NCBI GenBank assembly: GCA_964016885.1
Contig: OZ024740.1
Coordinates: 62,620,001 to 62,684,000, forward strand
Length of the DNA stretch: 64,000 nt
Direction of reading: 5' to 3'
Source: Eledone cirrhosa
Taxonomy: Eukaryota
The notes beneath the pieces were generated by a model. It was not told the origin of the DNA. It saw only the letters and a list, made by a program, of their open reading frames with translations, and searched no databases. This document shows positions 1 to 12,762 of the stretch, one piece after another. A program made the position numbers and the translations under genes. The first letter of the stretch is position 1. Every line of letters starts with the position of its first letter.

Positions 1-130
1 AGAAGAAGACATAGCTCAGTTGGGGTATGTAACAGCAGATTTGTATACAAGTCTCTAAATGCTGTGGTTTCTCGAGAAAGGACAAAGAAATTTGACTCGC
101 ATCCTGTATGGTCAATTTATTAATGGTGCA
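1..130 (+). mobile_element. RTE-type LINE RT C-terminal remnant
   Basis: Translation contains RILYGQFING, resembling the RTE motif RLPKxILYGEL..G; heavily degraded. Confidence 0.4.
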
Positions 131-237
131 TATGAAATACATATGCAGTTTTTAGAGATAGAAGCTACATTACACGTGAGAAAGTCTTTATTTTTCTCTT
201 TCGATGCCACTAGAGGAAGAAAAAAGCTCTTTCCCTT

Positions 238-600
238 CTGAGTTCAGATCCCGCCGAGGTTAATTTTGCCTTTCATCCCCGCGGGGTCGATAAAATAAAG
301 TACCAGTAATGCCCTGGTGTAATTGCTGGCATTGTGCCAGAAGTAGAAACAATTATTTAAAAGGATTCTTCAAACTTTTATCTAATCATTTAGGTCTTAC
401 CTATAGAAGCATGACATGTTCGTCCTTTCATTCGGTAGAGGGTTGGACACCATGCTTTTCAGCAAGGAGTTACGTCCCTTTACTTCTGAGTTCAAATCCA
501 TCCGAGGTTAACTTTACCTTTCATCCTTACGGAAATAAAGTACCAGTAATACACTGGCATAATTGCTGGCCTTGTGCCAAAAGTAGAAAAAATTATTATT
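238..600 (+). mobile_element. Two 5'-truncated copies of the main tRNA-derived SINE (238-356, 432-600)
   Basis: B-box-like GAGTTC(A/G)AATCC, central CCTTTCATCC motif and tail GCCTTGTGCCAAAAGTAGAAA, shared with many copies in the window. Confidence 0.85.
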
Positions 601-725
601 GATTTCATATAAGTATACTTATATTCTTTTTATAGACATTTATTAGCTTTTATTAATTGCATTTTTATTTTCCCTATAAATCATGTGCAATGTATATTTT
701 ACCAGCCTCAACCTACTGCTAATTA

Positions 726-2458
726 CACCGTGTAATATAATTGTTGTTCCCCGGTTCTAAGTGTTATTTCCTGATTCATTATATCCCATTATTATTAAAA
801 AAACACTATTATTTAATCAGAAGTTGGGGTTTGTGGTCAGGAGTTTGATATTTCGAAATTTTCATATTTTTCAAGAAAAAACACATTTAAAAAAAATTTA
901 TCAGTTCATATAATTAAATCAACAGAGTATATATTTATTTTATTACACAAGCTTATCAAAAGCAAACAAGTAAAAACAAATAACACTTATAAAGCAACTT
1001 ATACACGTCAGAAATGACTGGATTTCCTGGATTTGCGGTTGTAGTCCAGGTCGCATTCCCGCACCAGCCCCCAGATCGAGTCCCCCATCATGTTTTAATT
1101 GTAGTGGCCCTGGTACCTCCGCTCTATCTCTTTCACATCTTGGTGGAATCGTTCGCCTTGTTCTTCTGAGTAGGCGCCCATATTGTCCTTGAATTTTTCC
1201 AGGTGAGCGTCCAGCATATGGAGTTTAAGCGACATCCTGTATTCCATGGCGCCAAAAGCCTTTATCAGATCCTGCACCAGTTGCTGGTAGTCTTCAGCTC
1301 TGTAGTTGCCCAGGAATCCCTTAACAACTGCCTTGAAACAGTTCCATACTGTTCTCTCAATCCTATTGAGCTTATTGAAGAACTCGGTAGACTCAAACAC
1401 CTTCTTTATCTGAGGTCCAACAAAAATTCCACCTTTGATTTTTGGCCTCAGATAACTTGGGGAAGAACTCAAGAAGGTACTTAAAAGCGGCTGATTCTTG
1501 GTTGAGAGCCTTCACAAACTGCTTCATCAACCCCAACTTAATGTGCAGTGGCGGCATGAGTACAATCCTGGGATCAACCAGTGGCTCCCACATGACGTTC
1601 TGGGTCCCAACTACAAATTCTGTTCGCTGCTCCCAGTTCTTTCTTTTATAGTGGTCAGAGGTGGCTCTGCTGTCCCAAAAGCAGAGGAAGCATTGAAATT
1701 TGATAAAGCCTCCTTGGAGTCCAAGCAGGAAAGCCACCATCTTGAAGTCTCCAATGATTTCCCAATTGTACTGGTTGTATTGCAGAGCTTCCAAGAGGAC
1801 TTTCACACTGTAGTAATCTTCTTTCAGGCAGACTGAATGAGCTAGGGCAGTGTCGGGAACTTGTTTCCATTGTGGAGGAGGACAGCCTTCAAACTTGTGG
1901 TGGAGCTGTCTATAAATAGCCGCCACTCCTTGGGCACAAACGGCACCCAATAACCTCAAACAGTCCATACACGTCATGGCAGAAGCAGAGGCCATCCTTC
2001 AGAAAGCCTGAGAAAGGTTGGTGTCGACTTCTCTGACTTGTCACCTGCACTTCCTCCTTGACCAAGTTCCACTGCTTCATCCTGGAGACGAATGCTTAAA
2101 ACACAACTTATCCTTTATTCAGGGTGCGAAAATCCAGTATCAATAAATCTCTTTAATCCACTTTTTAACAATTTTTATACTTTATTGCACTTTTATAATT
2201 TTCTTTAGGTATTACTCTTTATTTTATAATTTTAATTTAACCTGAAACATATAAAAAAAATCATTTAACATAAGCAAATTAAACTTACGACGTAACATCC
2301 AGCATACAAATAATTCTAGTGAATAGCTTAGAATTTTTACAAACCCAAACTTTTTACTGTTTAATAGCACTTTTTTTTATTTATTTGGGACCTAAGCAAC
2401 ACAAAAAAGTGATTACAAGCCAGGAACAGAGAAGAAAAAATGTTTTCGTTACACGGTG
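726..2458 (-). mobile_element. Chapaev3-type (CMC superfamily) DNA transposon, probably internally deleted
   Basis: 10-bp TIRs CACCGTGTAA (726) / TTACACGGTG (ends 2458); TTA TSD at 723-725 and 2459-2461; transposase inside. Confidence 0.85.
1030..2090 (-). pseudogene. Frameshifted Chapaev3-like transposase
   Basis: Motifs IIGDFKMVAFLLGLQGG, CFLCFWDSR, PPLHIKLGLMKQFVKAL, GIFVGPQI, MSLKLHML and SEEQGERFHQD..ERRYQG, split over ORFs 1393-1995 and 1095-1472. Confidence 0.85.
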
Positions 2459-4330
2459 TTATTCAAAATAAAATCAGTTTAAAACAATGTGAGCATTGTG
2501 AAATTTGAAATTTAAAAATATAATCGTCATAGTGCATAGAACTGTAATGATAGTTATTAACTACACATATTAGTTGAATAAATCAGGTAAAGTACATCTG
2601 GAGACGGACAAAATAGACAGAGATGTCTGCGGAGAATTGAACCATATAGCTCTTGTAGTGAGAGCGTTAAACCGACTTAAATAAAAATGTGTGGTACAAA
2701 CTCTTGTTATATCAGGATAACTTTATGCATGCTTAACTATTCCAAATGCTAGATGATATCAACAAAATTAGCAAGTAATGCAACCACTTCTGGACGTGTA
2801 ATAAATACATCATATCCCACATATTGATTTTTTTTTCTTTTTCTTTTTATTTATTCTATTTTATTTTATTTTTAAAATTCTTTTTATTTTTTATTTTTTA
2901 TTTTTATTTTACATAAAGAAAAACCCACACTGTATCCTCCTGTATCGTATTTAATGTTTCCTTAATGTGAGCCCTGTGTGGCTAATAAGGAAATTACTAT
3001 TAAGGGACAGGAGATAACTAATGAATAAAGAAGATAAGACTGATTCTAAACCTCTACGTTGTGATAAAAATGTCAGTGGAAGATATTTACACCGCCAGTT
3101 GATAGCCAAAAATGTTCGCAAAATACGGCCTTCTTATGAGGCATAAGATTGTTGCCATAAGTATTATTTACAATATTATCTGTGGGAAGGATTGTTCTGA
3201 CGATCATAACGAAAGCACAACAAAACCAGAATGTGTCCATATCTTTAAAAAAATAAAATAATGGATAAAACTTCCAGTGAAAAAATGTAATCCGGCGCAA
3301 ACTCAACATACTTCATACCATTTTATAGGATATAAAACAAAAGCCATGCACAGTTGCTCAACGGATATGAATATTTTATATAAGGTTTTTAAGAAAGACA
3401 GCATCTATGGTAAATTAATTTACAGCTATTGTATGTAGGCTGTAGATTCTCGTTTTTACCTGTTGTCTACTGGGGTATCTAACTACAGATCTTCCTCCAA
3501 AACTTCGAAACGTTGGAGTTTTCCAAGAAAGAACAAAACAAACTGACCCATACCCTACTAGTTCAATTGATTAAGAGTACAGTGAAGATTTTAAAACCAT
3601 TCCATAGATACCTTATTTGAGTTTTCATGTGGCCTCATTTCATGAATGCAAGTATATTTACAACTATACTCATTTATCCACATGAAGTAAGAAGGGACAC
3701 CAGTTCCCCATCATTCCGACCATATAAATATTTCGTCTCTTACACTGAAAGAAAGATTTGGTTCTTTCGCTATCTGCTACATTAAACGTGAAGTACTTAC
3801 TGACTACTGCCGTCAACTATGCTAAATGTATTTCACCTATAAAACCTCTAGAGATGGAAAGTATACTCTAACTTTTCTATAACAATCTGTGAGTCCTTCA
3901 CTGTCAGTATAGATCAAGGAAAAGAATAACTTGAAAAGTTTTGATTTTTTTTGACATCTGTTGATTTTAATGTGAAGTACTGACTACTGGGATTTTTACT
4001 CATTTTGAAAACGGAAAACATCAGGATAATGAAAGCTTCTAGAATCACTATATTCATATAGAAATGTAATAAAGTTTCAATCTTATGGTACATTTCACCA
4101 ATTTATTATTTAATATCAGAAGCATCTCATGTAATTCCCAAATTATCTGCTTTTAGTTATTCAGTTAACCGAATTGTGCAATTAAGTGGAATCAGCTACA
4201 AACACACGCTTAAACTCCCCACACATACACATATGGGAACAAGTGAGAACTACTTAATATATATGGGTATACAGTATAAAGTTTATTCACAACTAAACCG
4301 CACGTTTCGCTACTTCAGTTTTTCCTATCG

Positions 4331-4447
<117 letters not shown>

Positions 4448-4690
4448 ACATTTTCCCTTCTCCCTCAAATAGACTTTAACGCACAAACACACATGTATGT
4501 GTTAACCTAGGTAATAGTAATGAAGTACATAAACACACACACACACATGAAACCAACAAGACTGCTTTGCAACCATGTGTTTATTTTATTCTTCAAGTAT
4601 GTATATATGTATATATGAATGTATATATATATATATGTTTTTACGTGTATATAATTATGAAAATATATATTTATATATGTATGTATACAC

Positions 4691-4696
<6 letters not shown>

Positions 4697-4774
<78 letters not shown>
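4697..4774. repeat. (TA)n microsatellite
   Basis: Seen directly. Confidence 0.98.
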
Positions 4775-4782
<8 letters not shown>

Positions 4783-4979
4783 GGATACTATTTATGGTTA
4801 TGTATATACTAAAACTTTTTTATAGTTATGTATATTTTAAACCCTAAACAGTGAAGGTCAGTAATTTATTACTACCTTATTACCAGTAAGATAAATAGCT
4901 CAATGTAATAACATCAGTTGTTCTACAGAGCAGTTATATAGAATTCACAAGAATCAAAGCTATGTTCAAAGCATTTATT

Positions 4980-5025
4980 CACTTACAATTGTTTCATCTA
5001 ACCTAGGCTTGGAATCTTCGGACCA
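4980..5025 (-). ncRNA. Hammerhead ribozyme-like motif (variant core CCGAAGA), family A
   Basis: Reverse complement of the 6157-6203 motif, with a small change in stem II. Confidence 0.55.
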
Positions 5026-6156
5026 TTTTTCAATGTTTGTACACATAATTGACCTCCTTTCCAACGCAAGAGACATACAGATACATATATATATTGATGT
5101 ACAGTGGAGTGACATATATTATACTATATTATTTCTGTATAGCAATTCAAATTCAAAATCAAAATCAAAATTAAAATTAAAATTAAAACAAAATTAAAAC
5201 AAAATTAAAATACATTCGGCAGTTAACACAGATAATGCAAGAGGATAGTTTGTTAGTCAGATGTAGTAGTTAGTGTATGCGTTAGTTACACGTGGGGCAT
5301 TCAAGTGTGTCTCATTTATATATGATTATTGTGTGGCATGGTGTTACATGTAATACAAGCACTTTAAGCGGGTAAGTAAGAGTATTATGGTGGTTTTAGT
5401 GGTAAGGTATTTTTTGTATATAATAAAAAAGTATGTGTGCAGGAAAATAAAAATAAAAAGGAAAAGCAAAAGAAAGTTCTGGTTTTCGTATCCACCACCA
5501 TTTTCACATTCAGGAAAAGTAATAGATAGTTTTTACATCCATCACATAAGTAACGATGATTCCGTATTGGATGTTTGATGCATTAAATTAAATTATTTTA
5601 GCTTATTGCGGCTCGGTGTTATTTAATCACCGTTACTTATGTGATGGATGTAAAAACAATCTATTACTTTTCCTGAATGTGAAAATGGTGGTGGATACGA
5701 AAACCATAACTTTCTTTTGCTTCTCCTTTTTATTTTTATTTTCCTGCACACATACTATTTTATTATATACAAAAAATACCTTACCACTAAAACCACCATA
5801 ATACTCTTACTTACCCGCTTAAAGTGCTTGTATTACATGTAACACCATGCCACACAATAATCATATATAAATGAGACACACTTGCATGCCCCACGTGTAA
5901 CTAACGCATACACTAACTACTACATCTGACTAACAAACTATCCTCTTGCATTATCTGTGTTAACTGCCGAATGTATTTTAATTTTGTTTTAATTTTGTCT
6001 TAATTTTGATTTTGATTTTGATTTTGAATTTGAATTGCTATACAGAAATAATATAGTATAATATATGTCACTCCACTGTACATCAATATATATATATGTA
6101 TCTGTATGTCTCTTGCGTTGGAAAGGAGGTCAATTATGTGTACAAACATTGAAAAA

Positions 6157-6203
6157 TGGTCCGAAGATTCCAAGCCTAGGTTTGGATGAAACAATTGTAA
6201 GTG
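6157..6203 (+). ncRNA. Hammerhead ribozyme-like motif (variant core CCGAAGA), family A
   Basis: CCGAAGA-U-[UCCAAGCCUAGGUUUGGA hairpin]-U-GAAA-CAAUUG-UA-AGUG followed by AATAAA; stem I is weak. Confidence 0.6.
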
Positions 6204-6400
6204 AATAAATGCTTCGAACATAGCTTTGATTCTTGTGAATTCTATATATATATGTGTGTGTGTATATATGTACCAATATATATACATATGTATACAGTAT
6301 GAAGTGTGCTAGCAGGCAAAGTGTATGACAAAATTATATCTGTATAAATACATAGTGTGTAACCGAGAATGCCCTAACGTGTATAAATATATACACATAT

Positions 6401-7910
6401 CTAATATGTAGCCATGTAAGCATACCGAAAATACGAATTTCCCTGTAAATTGAAAATATGATAAACAACTTTAATCGTTTTTTCGGATCTTATTATTTTA
6501 CCTTCACATTCTTTTACATATTTTATTAGAGGGATCTTTTTAGTATACGGGGTTCTGATTTGCTGCTTATGGACTTTTATTCTTTGTCGGAGTGTCAGCT
6601 CCGTCTGTCCTACATAATGTTCGTGGCAACCTCGGCAGGTTATGACATAAATTAAGTTTTCCGAGTTGCACGAGAAGTTATTCTTAATTTTGAAGATGGA
6701 TCCGTCTTTGAAGTGAAATTCATGGCCATCCAATAGTCCACATTCCGCAATGAGGTTGGTTGTATCTTTTCACACGAGGTTCTGTAATTGTGGTTTGCAG
6801 CTCTGTCCTTGTCAGTATTTTTGTTAATGATTTCGGCTGTTGTTTACTCTTAATAATTGTTTCTACTTTTGGCACATGGCCAGCAATTACCCAGTGCATT
6901 ACTGGTACTTTATTTTATCGACCCCGTAAGGATGAAAGGCAAACTTAACCTCGGCGGAATTTGCACTCAGAATGGAAAGGGCCGTAACTCTATGCGTCAA
7001 AGCATGGCGTCCGACCCTCTAATAATAAAATATTTTTGTAAGTGGTTTTTCATTTTTTTGTCTTTGTAGTATTGATAGGTTTAGTCGTATGTATGTATAA
7101 ATGTTTTGGGAGTTGAATGTTGAGATGTATGGAATTACCTTTTTTCTTTTTTTGGTTTTGTTTTTTCGGAGAACTTGAATATTAATATGTTTTGCTTTTT
7201 GAATGCTATCGTTGATTATATTTAGAGGGTATTTTCTCTTGATGAGTATATCTTTCATCTCCTCTAGTATGTGCTTTTTTACTCTTGTGTTTGAAACTAT
7301 TGTGCAGATTCGTTGGGGCGTGTATGAGCTGGATGAGCAGATGTGAAGAAGAAGTACTGCCGGGAGTCGGTTGGTTTGAAAAAATGTCAGTTTCAAATTT
7401 TGTGTTTCTTTTTGTTATTAGTATGACTAAGAAAAGGAGATTTTTGTTACTAAATTCCATAGTGTTAGAGCTTATATCATTAATGAGGGCTTGAAAATTC
7501 CTTTGTTCATCAAGATTTTCCCTTCACAAAATAAAACAGTCATTTTCTTTTATATATGAGCTGAAGGAATTCCCATAAATTTGTGAAGCTTTTTCGTTGA
7601 TTTTTGTTCATGGTATTCCATGACTAAGTTGGCATATGTTGGCACTACTTTAGTACCTACGGCTGTTCCTGATTTCTGTCGGTAGGATGTTTCGTCGAAT
7701 ATAAAGTAATTGTTTTTAAGGATGAATTCAAGATTTTCTATGATGAAATTTCTGTTAATACAGTCTGGTAGCTCATGTGGGAATGCATTTAGCCAGTATT
7801 AGATAGCTTCGATTCCATAATCGTGAAGAATGTTACTATATAGGTTCACAGCATCAGTTGAAACCATGTAAATATTTTGGTCTACTATATTTGGTAGGCG
7901 GTTGAGAAAG
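6401..7910 (-). pseudogene. Penelope-like retroelement RT + GIY-YIG endonuclease remnant, interrupted by a SINE
   Basis: GIY-YIG motif NLIYVITCRGCHEHYVGQT..LRQRIKVH (6401-6733); RT motifs STDAVNLYSNI, YRQKSGTAVGTKVVPTYANL and FLVILI..TDIF; stops and frameshifts. Confidence 0.9.
6856..7020 (-). mobile_element. Main SINE copy inserted in the Penelope ORF
   Basis: Reverse complement of the SINE consensus. Confidence 0.9.
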
Positions 7911-8062
7911 TCTGTCTTTTTACCCGATGCTGTCATTGACGGCAGTTTGTTCTTTTAACAGCTATTCTTGCGTTGAGTTTTTATGACTTATAATACACTC
8001 ACGCTCTAACTCGGTCTTCGAGAAAACTTTGTTTATACACACACACACACACACACACACAT

Positions 8063-8150
<88 letters not shown>

Positions 8151-9199
8151 TGGTAACATATTTATATAATCACATAGTAAACAAACGGTTACAAGTACAC
8201 CTCTCTTTTACACACAGTTGCTATTTCTTTTAATTTTTTATTTTATTTTCCTCTCTGCCTTCAATGTTAATATTTGCTCTCTTTACTCAAGTACTTCAAC
8301 TACTGATATTGTTAAGCTGATGAGAGATAAAATATTCCACTTGAATAACACATGTATAATTTCCAGAAGATTGGTAGACTTTGTACCAATGGAGAGGAAA
8401 ACTGGTGCCATGCACTGTTATGTACTTTGTCTCACGCGAATACAGCAATCATTATGTCCCGGCTTCGATCACACTGCGTGACGTCTCAGGCGAGTGTCCT
8501 TTACTATATTCTCGAATCAACCCAATCCTACGTGTAGAATTTAGAAGTCCTTTGTAATTCACACTGTGTGACGCTGAATCACCTTAAGAATTGTATTGAG
8601 GCTACACGTATCTTTGGAATACTCAGCCTCATACACGTTAACTCACGAGGAAGCTGTTTATTGATCGAATTACTGCAGGACTCGTCGTAAGCGATGGATG
8701 TCCACCAACAATACTTCGTCTCACAGAACCCTACGTGAGAAATAATAGTAATAATAATAGTAAAATTCTCTCTTAAGTCACGCAGTTTAAAACCACAATC
8801 TACTTGGCCTTTGAGTACCTTTAGCGGAAGTCACTCTGTTGTAAGCGATCGGGCCAGGGCTTCACTTTGAAGATATTTTTCTCCCCCCTGCGAGTCTCAA
8901 TGCCCAATGGTTATGGGCTCTTCCTCCCCACCCCCGGACTAAACATAAAAAACAATAATAAAATAAAACCCTTTAAATAAAGAAAGATATATTGGAACAC
9001 GCAGATCCTGATATCTGTTAGAACACGAAAAGTGTGAAACAACAGAATGTTCACTTTTCGTGTTCTAACATATATGCCTAACATCTTCATAAATTTTTCG
9101 GGGATAGCCGTGGTGGTGGTGATCGTATGTCATTGGCTAATTTTCAACCAATCAGAGTAAGTGTTGATATATATATATATATATATATATATACTATTC

Positions 9200-9490
9200 C
9201 CCCTCTCTCTATATATATCTTACGCTTTCGCTTTACACTCCTCCCCTTCAATAACACATTTCCCCCTCTCTATATATCTCTTCCACTGTTACTTACGCCT
9301 GTTTCTCTCTATCTGTTCCGTCTCTATATATATCTCTCTTACTCTTTCGCTTTGCACTCCTCCCCTTCAATACCATCTCTCCCCCTCTCTATATATTTGT
9401 TACTCTATCGCTGCACGCTCCTCTCCTTCAATATATCAATTACACACGCTTTACACTCCTTTATCCCCAGCGCCCCTATATATACACCCC
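9200..9490. repeat. Degenerate pyrimidine-rich minisatellite
   Basis: Repeated CCCCTCTCTATATAT...CGCTTT(A/G)CACTCCTCCCCTTCAATA units. Confidence 0.6.
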
Positions 9491-9862
9491 CCTCCCGCAT
9501 CTATATTTTAATGTTCCGTTGCACCGTGAATATATGTGTCTATATATATATACATATATATTGTATATACACATTCATGTATGTGTATACACACTCATGT
9601 ATGTATATACACTGGTTTTATGTGTGTATTGTAAATGTGTACTGTTAAAACATGAAACTAACATTCGATTGACACTTTGATTACCTGTACAGGCAATAGT
9701 TATTAGAATGCTGTTGAAGTGTGTATATATTTTTGGGGGACATCCTGTATATACACACATTATATATAATACAATAAACAGATAAATACACACATATATA
9801 TATGAGCTTATTTAATTATAAATATTGTGAATTTTTAACTCAGTTCAATTATATATATAAAT

Positions 9863-9906
9863 GGCTTCTACAGGACTAGAACTGTTTCATTCGAAAGAAA
9901 TCATCA
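9863..9906 (-). ncRNA. Truncated family B hammerhead motif
   Basis: Matches 46705-46748 but lacks the 5' strand of stem I and the first core base. Confidence 0.55.
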
Positions 9907-10516
9907 TAATATTGAGAGGGGGGACTAGATAAAATATTTCAAATCAAATGTGTATAAGTTATAAGTTAAAATGTATAAATAGAGACGATAGTGGAGGTAT
10001 ATCTGTTTAGTGGAACAGTAGACGATAGAATTAAATACAGACGAGAATCTCCCTTTAATGAAACAGCAGACGATAGAATTAAGGCAATTTAAATTTTAAG
10101 CATTTGCATTTCATCGTTACGGGGTCGATAAAATAAAGTACCAGTAATACACTGTCACTATAAGTAGACGACTTTCAAATTGAATTGTTGGTTCCATTTC
10201 TTTAGTATTTTCAATTGTAGTTATCTACTTAAAAAGCGTTACACGGTTAGAGACATAATTGGTAAGTTATATCTTCCCTATTAAACCATTGCATTATTTC
10301 GCCTACAATAGAACAAAAATGAAATGTTCTTTAAAGAAACAGGAATATAACTTTATAAAAAAAAAAGTTGCATCCGCTTCTTTTATCATTGATAATTTTT
10401 TCGTTTTAATATTAATTGTTTTTTGTAGTTGTTTATATTAAAAATCTTACTGTAATATTTACTTAAACGAAGGCAGACATCTAAACTTATAGATTAATCT
10501 TGAGCGAAGGACTAGA

Positions 10517-11086
<570 letters not shown>

Positions 11087-11093
11087 CGTATGA

Positions 11094-11224
11094 TTAGAAC
11101 TGTGTTTATTATTAATATTTTAATGGATTTAATGAAAAATTTTAGGTGTTCATATATATATTCTAAAAATGCGCGAAATCGTGAATCCGCGATAGTTGAA
11201 CCGCCAAGTAGCGAGGTATCACTG
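11094..11224. mobile_element. Tigger/pogo-like terminal fragment
   Basis: Ends in CCGCGATAGTTGAACCGCCAAGTAGCGAGGTATCACTG followed by TA, like a Tigger-type TIR. Confidence 0.5.
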
Positions 11225-11252
11225 TATATATGTTTAAATATATAGTGTAGCT

Positions 11253-11717
11253 GTGATGTATCTCGCGAGTGAATCGAGACCTGTCACTGATTTTGGTGTC
11301 CCCACTGCCGATGTGAATGAGCAACGCTGCACTTGTGAATTGGGTCTTGATGTTGCAGGCAGTTCATATACTTACAATGATGCGGTCCCACAAGCTTGTT
11401 CACATTCCTGTGCTAATAATCTAGATGGGCGTATTAAATTGGATGTGAAAGCAGCTTACCGGATGCGGAATCGGGAGAAGTTGAGACAAAAACAGGCCGA
11501 TTATAGAGCTGTGAATTTTGCTAAATTAACACAAAAACAGGCCAAGTATAGATGTTCAAAACGGTATGAGTTGGCAAACAAGCAGGCCAAGTATAGATCT
11601 GCAACTTCAGCTATTATATCTCAAAAGCAAGCCGAGCGTAGAGCTTCTAAACGTACCGAGTTGGCTAAAGAGCAGACCGAGTACAGATCTGCAAATATCT
11701 TATTGCACAAACAATAA
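11253..11717 (+). other. ORF with tandem 15-aa (45-bp) KQAxYR repeats, probably TE-derived
   Basis: Repeat starts at 11493, 11538, 11583, 11628 and 11673; frame stays open despite divergence. Confidence 0.45.
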
Positions 11718-11743
11718 TTCTGCACAAATGTTGCTCCATTATT

Positions 11744-11924
11744 TTGGCAGTATTGGTAGAGGGTCGGATGCCATGCTTTCCAGCATAGTTACGTCCCTTT
11801 ACGATCTGAGTTCAAATCCTGCCGAGGTTGACTTTGCCTTTCATCCTTACGGGGTAGATAAAATAAAGTACCAGTAATGCACTGGGTAATTGCTGGCCTT
11901 GTGCCTAAAGTAGAAACAATTATT
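11744..11924 (+). mobile_element. Main SINE copy
   Basis: Near full-length match to the consensus. Confidence 0.9.
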
Positions 11925-12106
11925 AGATCTAATGTTGCAACGATACAGTTAAATGTTGTCTGTGTATTTTAAAAAAGATTTGCTTATAATCTTTTCAAAT
12001 TTCATTACGCCAATGATTCAAGCTCAAATTGACATTATCTAAAAAATTGTACAAACAGCGGTGGATTAGCAGTAGTGAACAGATAAATCAGTCAATTTAT
12101 TAAGAT

Positions 12107-12762
12107 TGACTTGGCATCAATCAGCAAGACCTTCATTAGCTGCTCTCCAGCCATCTATTTAAAGCTGTATACATCTATGGTACGAATACACTTGGAGTTC
12201 GCGTCATCAGTCTGGAACCCCTATCTTGCTCAGAACATTGACCTCCTGGAAACTGTTCAGAGACATGCAACCAAGCGCATACCCTCCATCAGACACCTAC
12301 CATACCCTGAATATTTTGCTTCCCTCTGGCAATGGACTTGGTAAACACCCACAAAGTTATTAACCATCCGACCAACAACAACCCCGAACACCTTTTTGAT
12401 CTCCATGTGTCTAACACGTGGACATGCCTACAAAGTCAGAAAACAACACAGCTCCCATGACTTTAGGAAATATTTCTTCATGCTCAGAGTTGCTGAAGGA
12501 TGGAACAAACTTCCTGCATCAGTTGTTAGCTGATGACACACTGCATCCTTTAAAACCATCATACATTCCGAAATACACCAAAACTACACCTGATGTCCCC
12601 CTTCCATACACATGCACATATGTGTATATCATGACTCATGCACTGTTCTTTTTTCCTGACGTTTTTATATTACCCTATGTATTATATATGCACTTTTGAT
12701 GAGTTGTAGTGCACCTCAGCATTGTACACAATATTTTCATTATTATTATCATTATTATTATT
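12107..12762 (+). mobile_element. CR1-like LINE 3' end
   Basis: LKLYTSMVRIHLEFASSVWNPY..LETVQRHATKRIP; downstream WNKLP-like motif; (ATT)n tail. Confidence 0.8.

Larger units (their letters stand above)
4775..6246. mobile_element. Palindromic non-coding PLE-like element, family A copy 1
   Basis: Inverted arms about 4936-5561 / 5625-6246; 160-bp tail on the left only; TA-repeat flanks; second copy at 45350-46603; HHR-like motif in each arm. Confidence 0.85.

Noticed and set aside
1203-1836. Plus-strand ORFs over GC-rich TEs (also at 30.2-30.8 kb and 54.2-54.9 kb)
   Set aside because: Antisense shadows of transposase or RT frames
3197-3230. CTGACGA-N7-GAAA hammerhead-like string
   Set aside because: No stem III or NUH triplet
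5009-6287. Repeated ORF ESSDHFSMFVHIIDLLSNARD in four places
   Set aside because: Antisense reading of the family A arm; length and frame vary between copies
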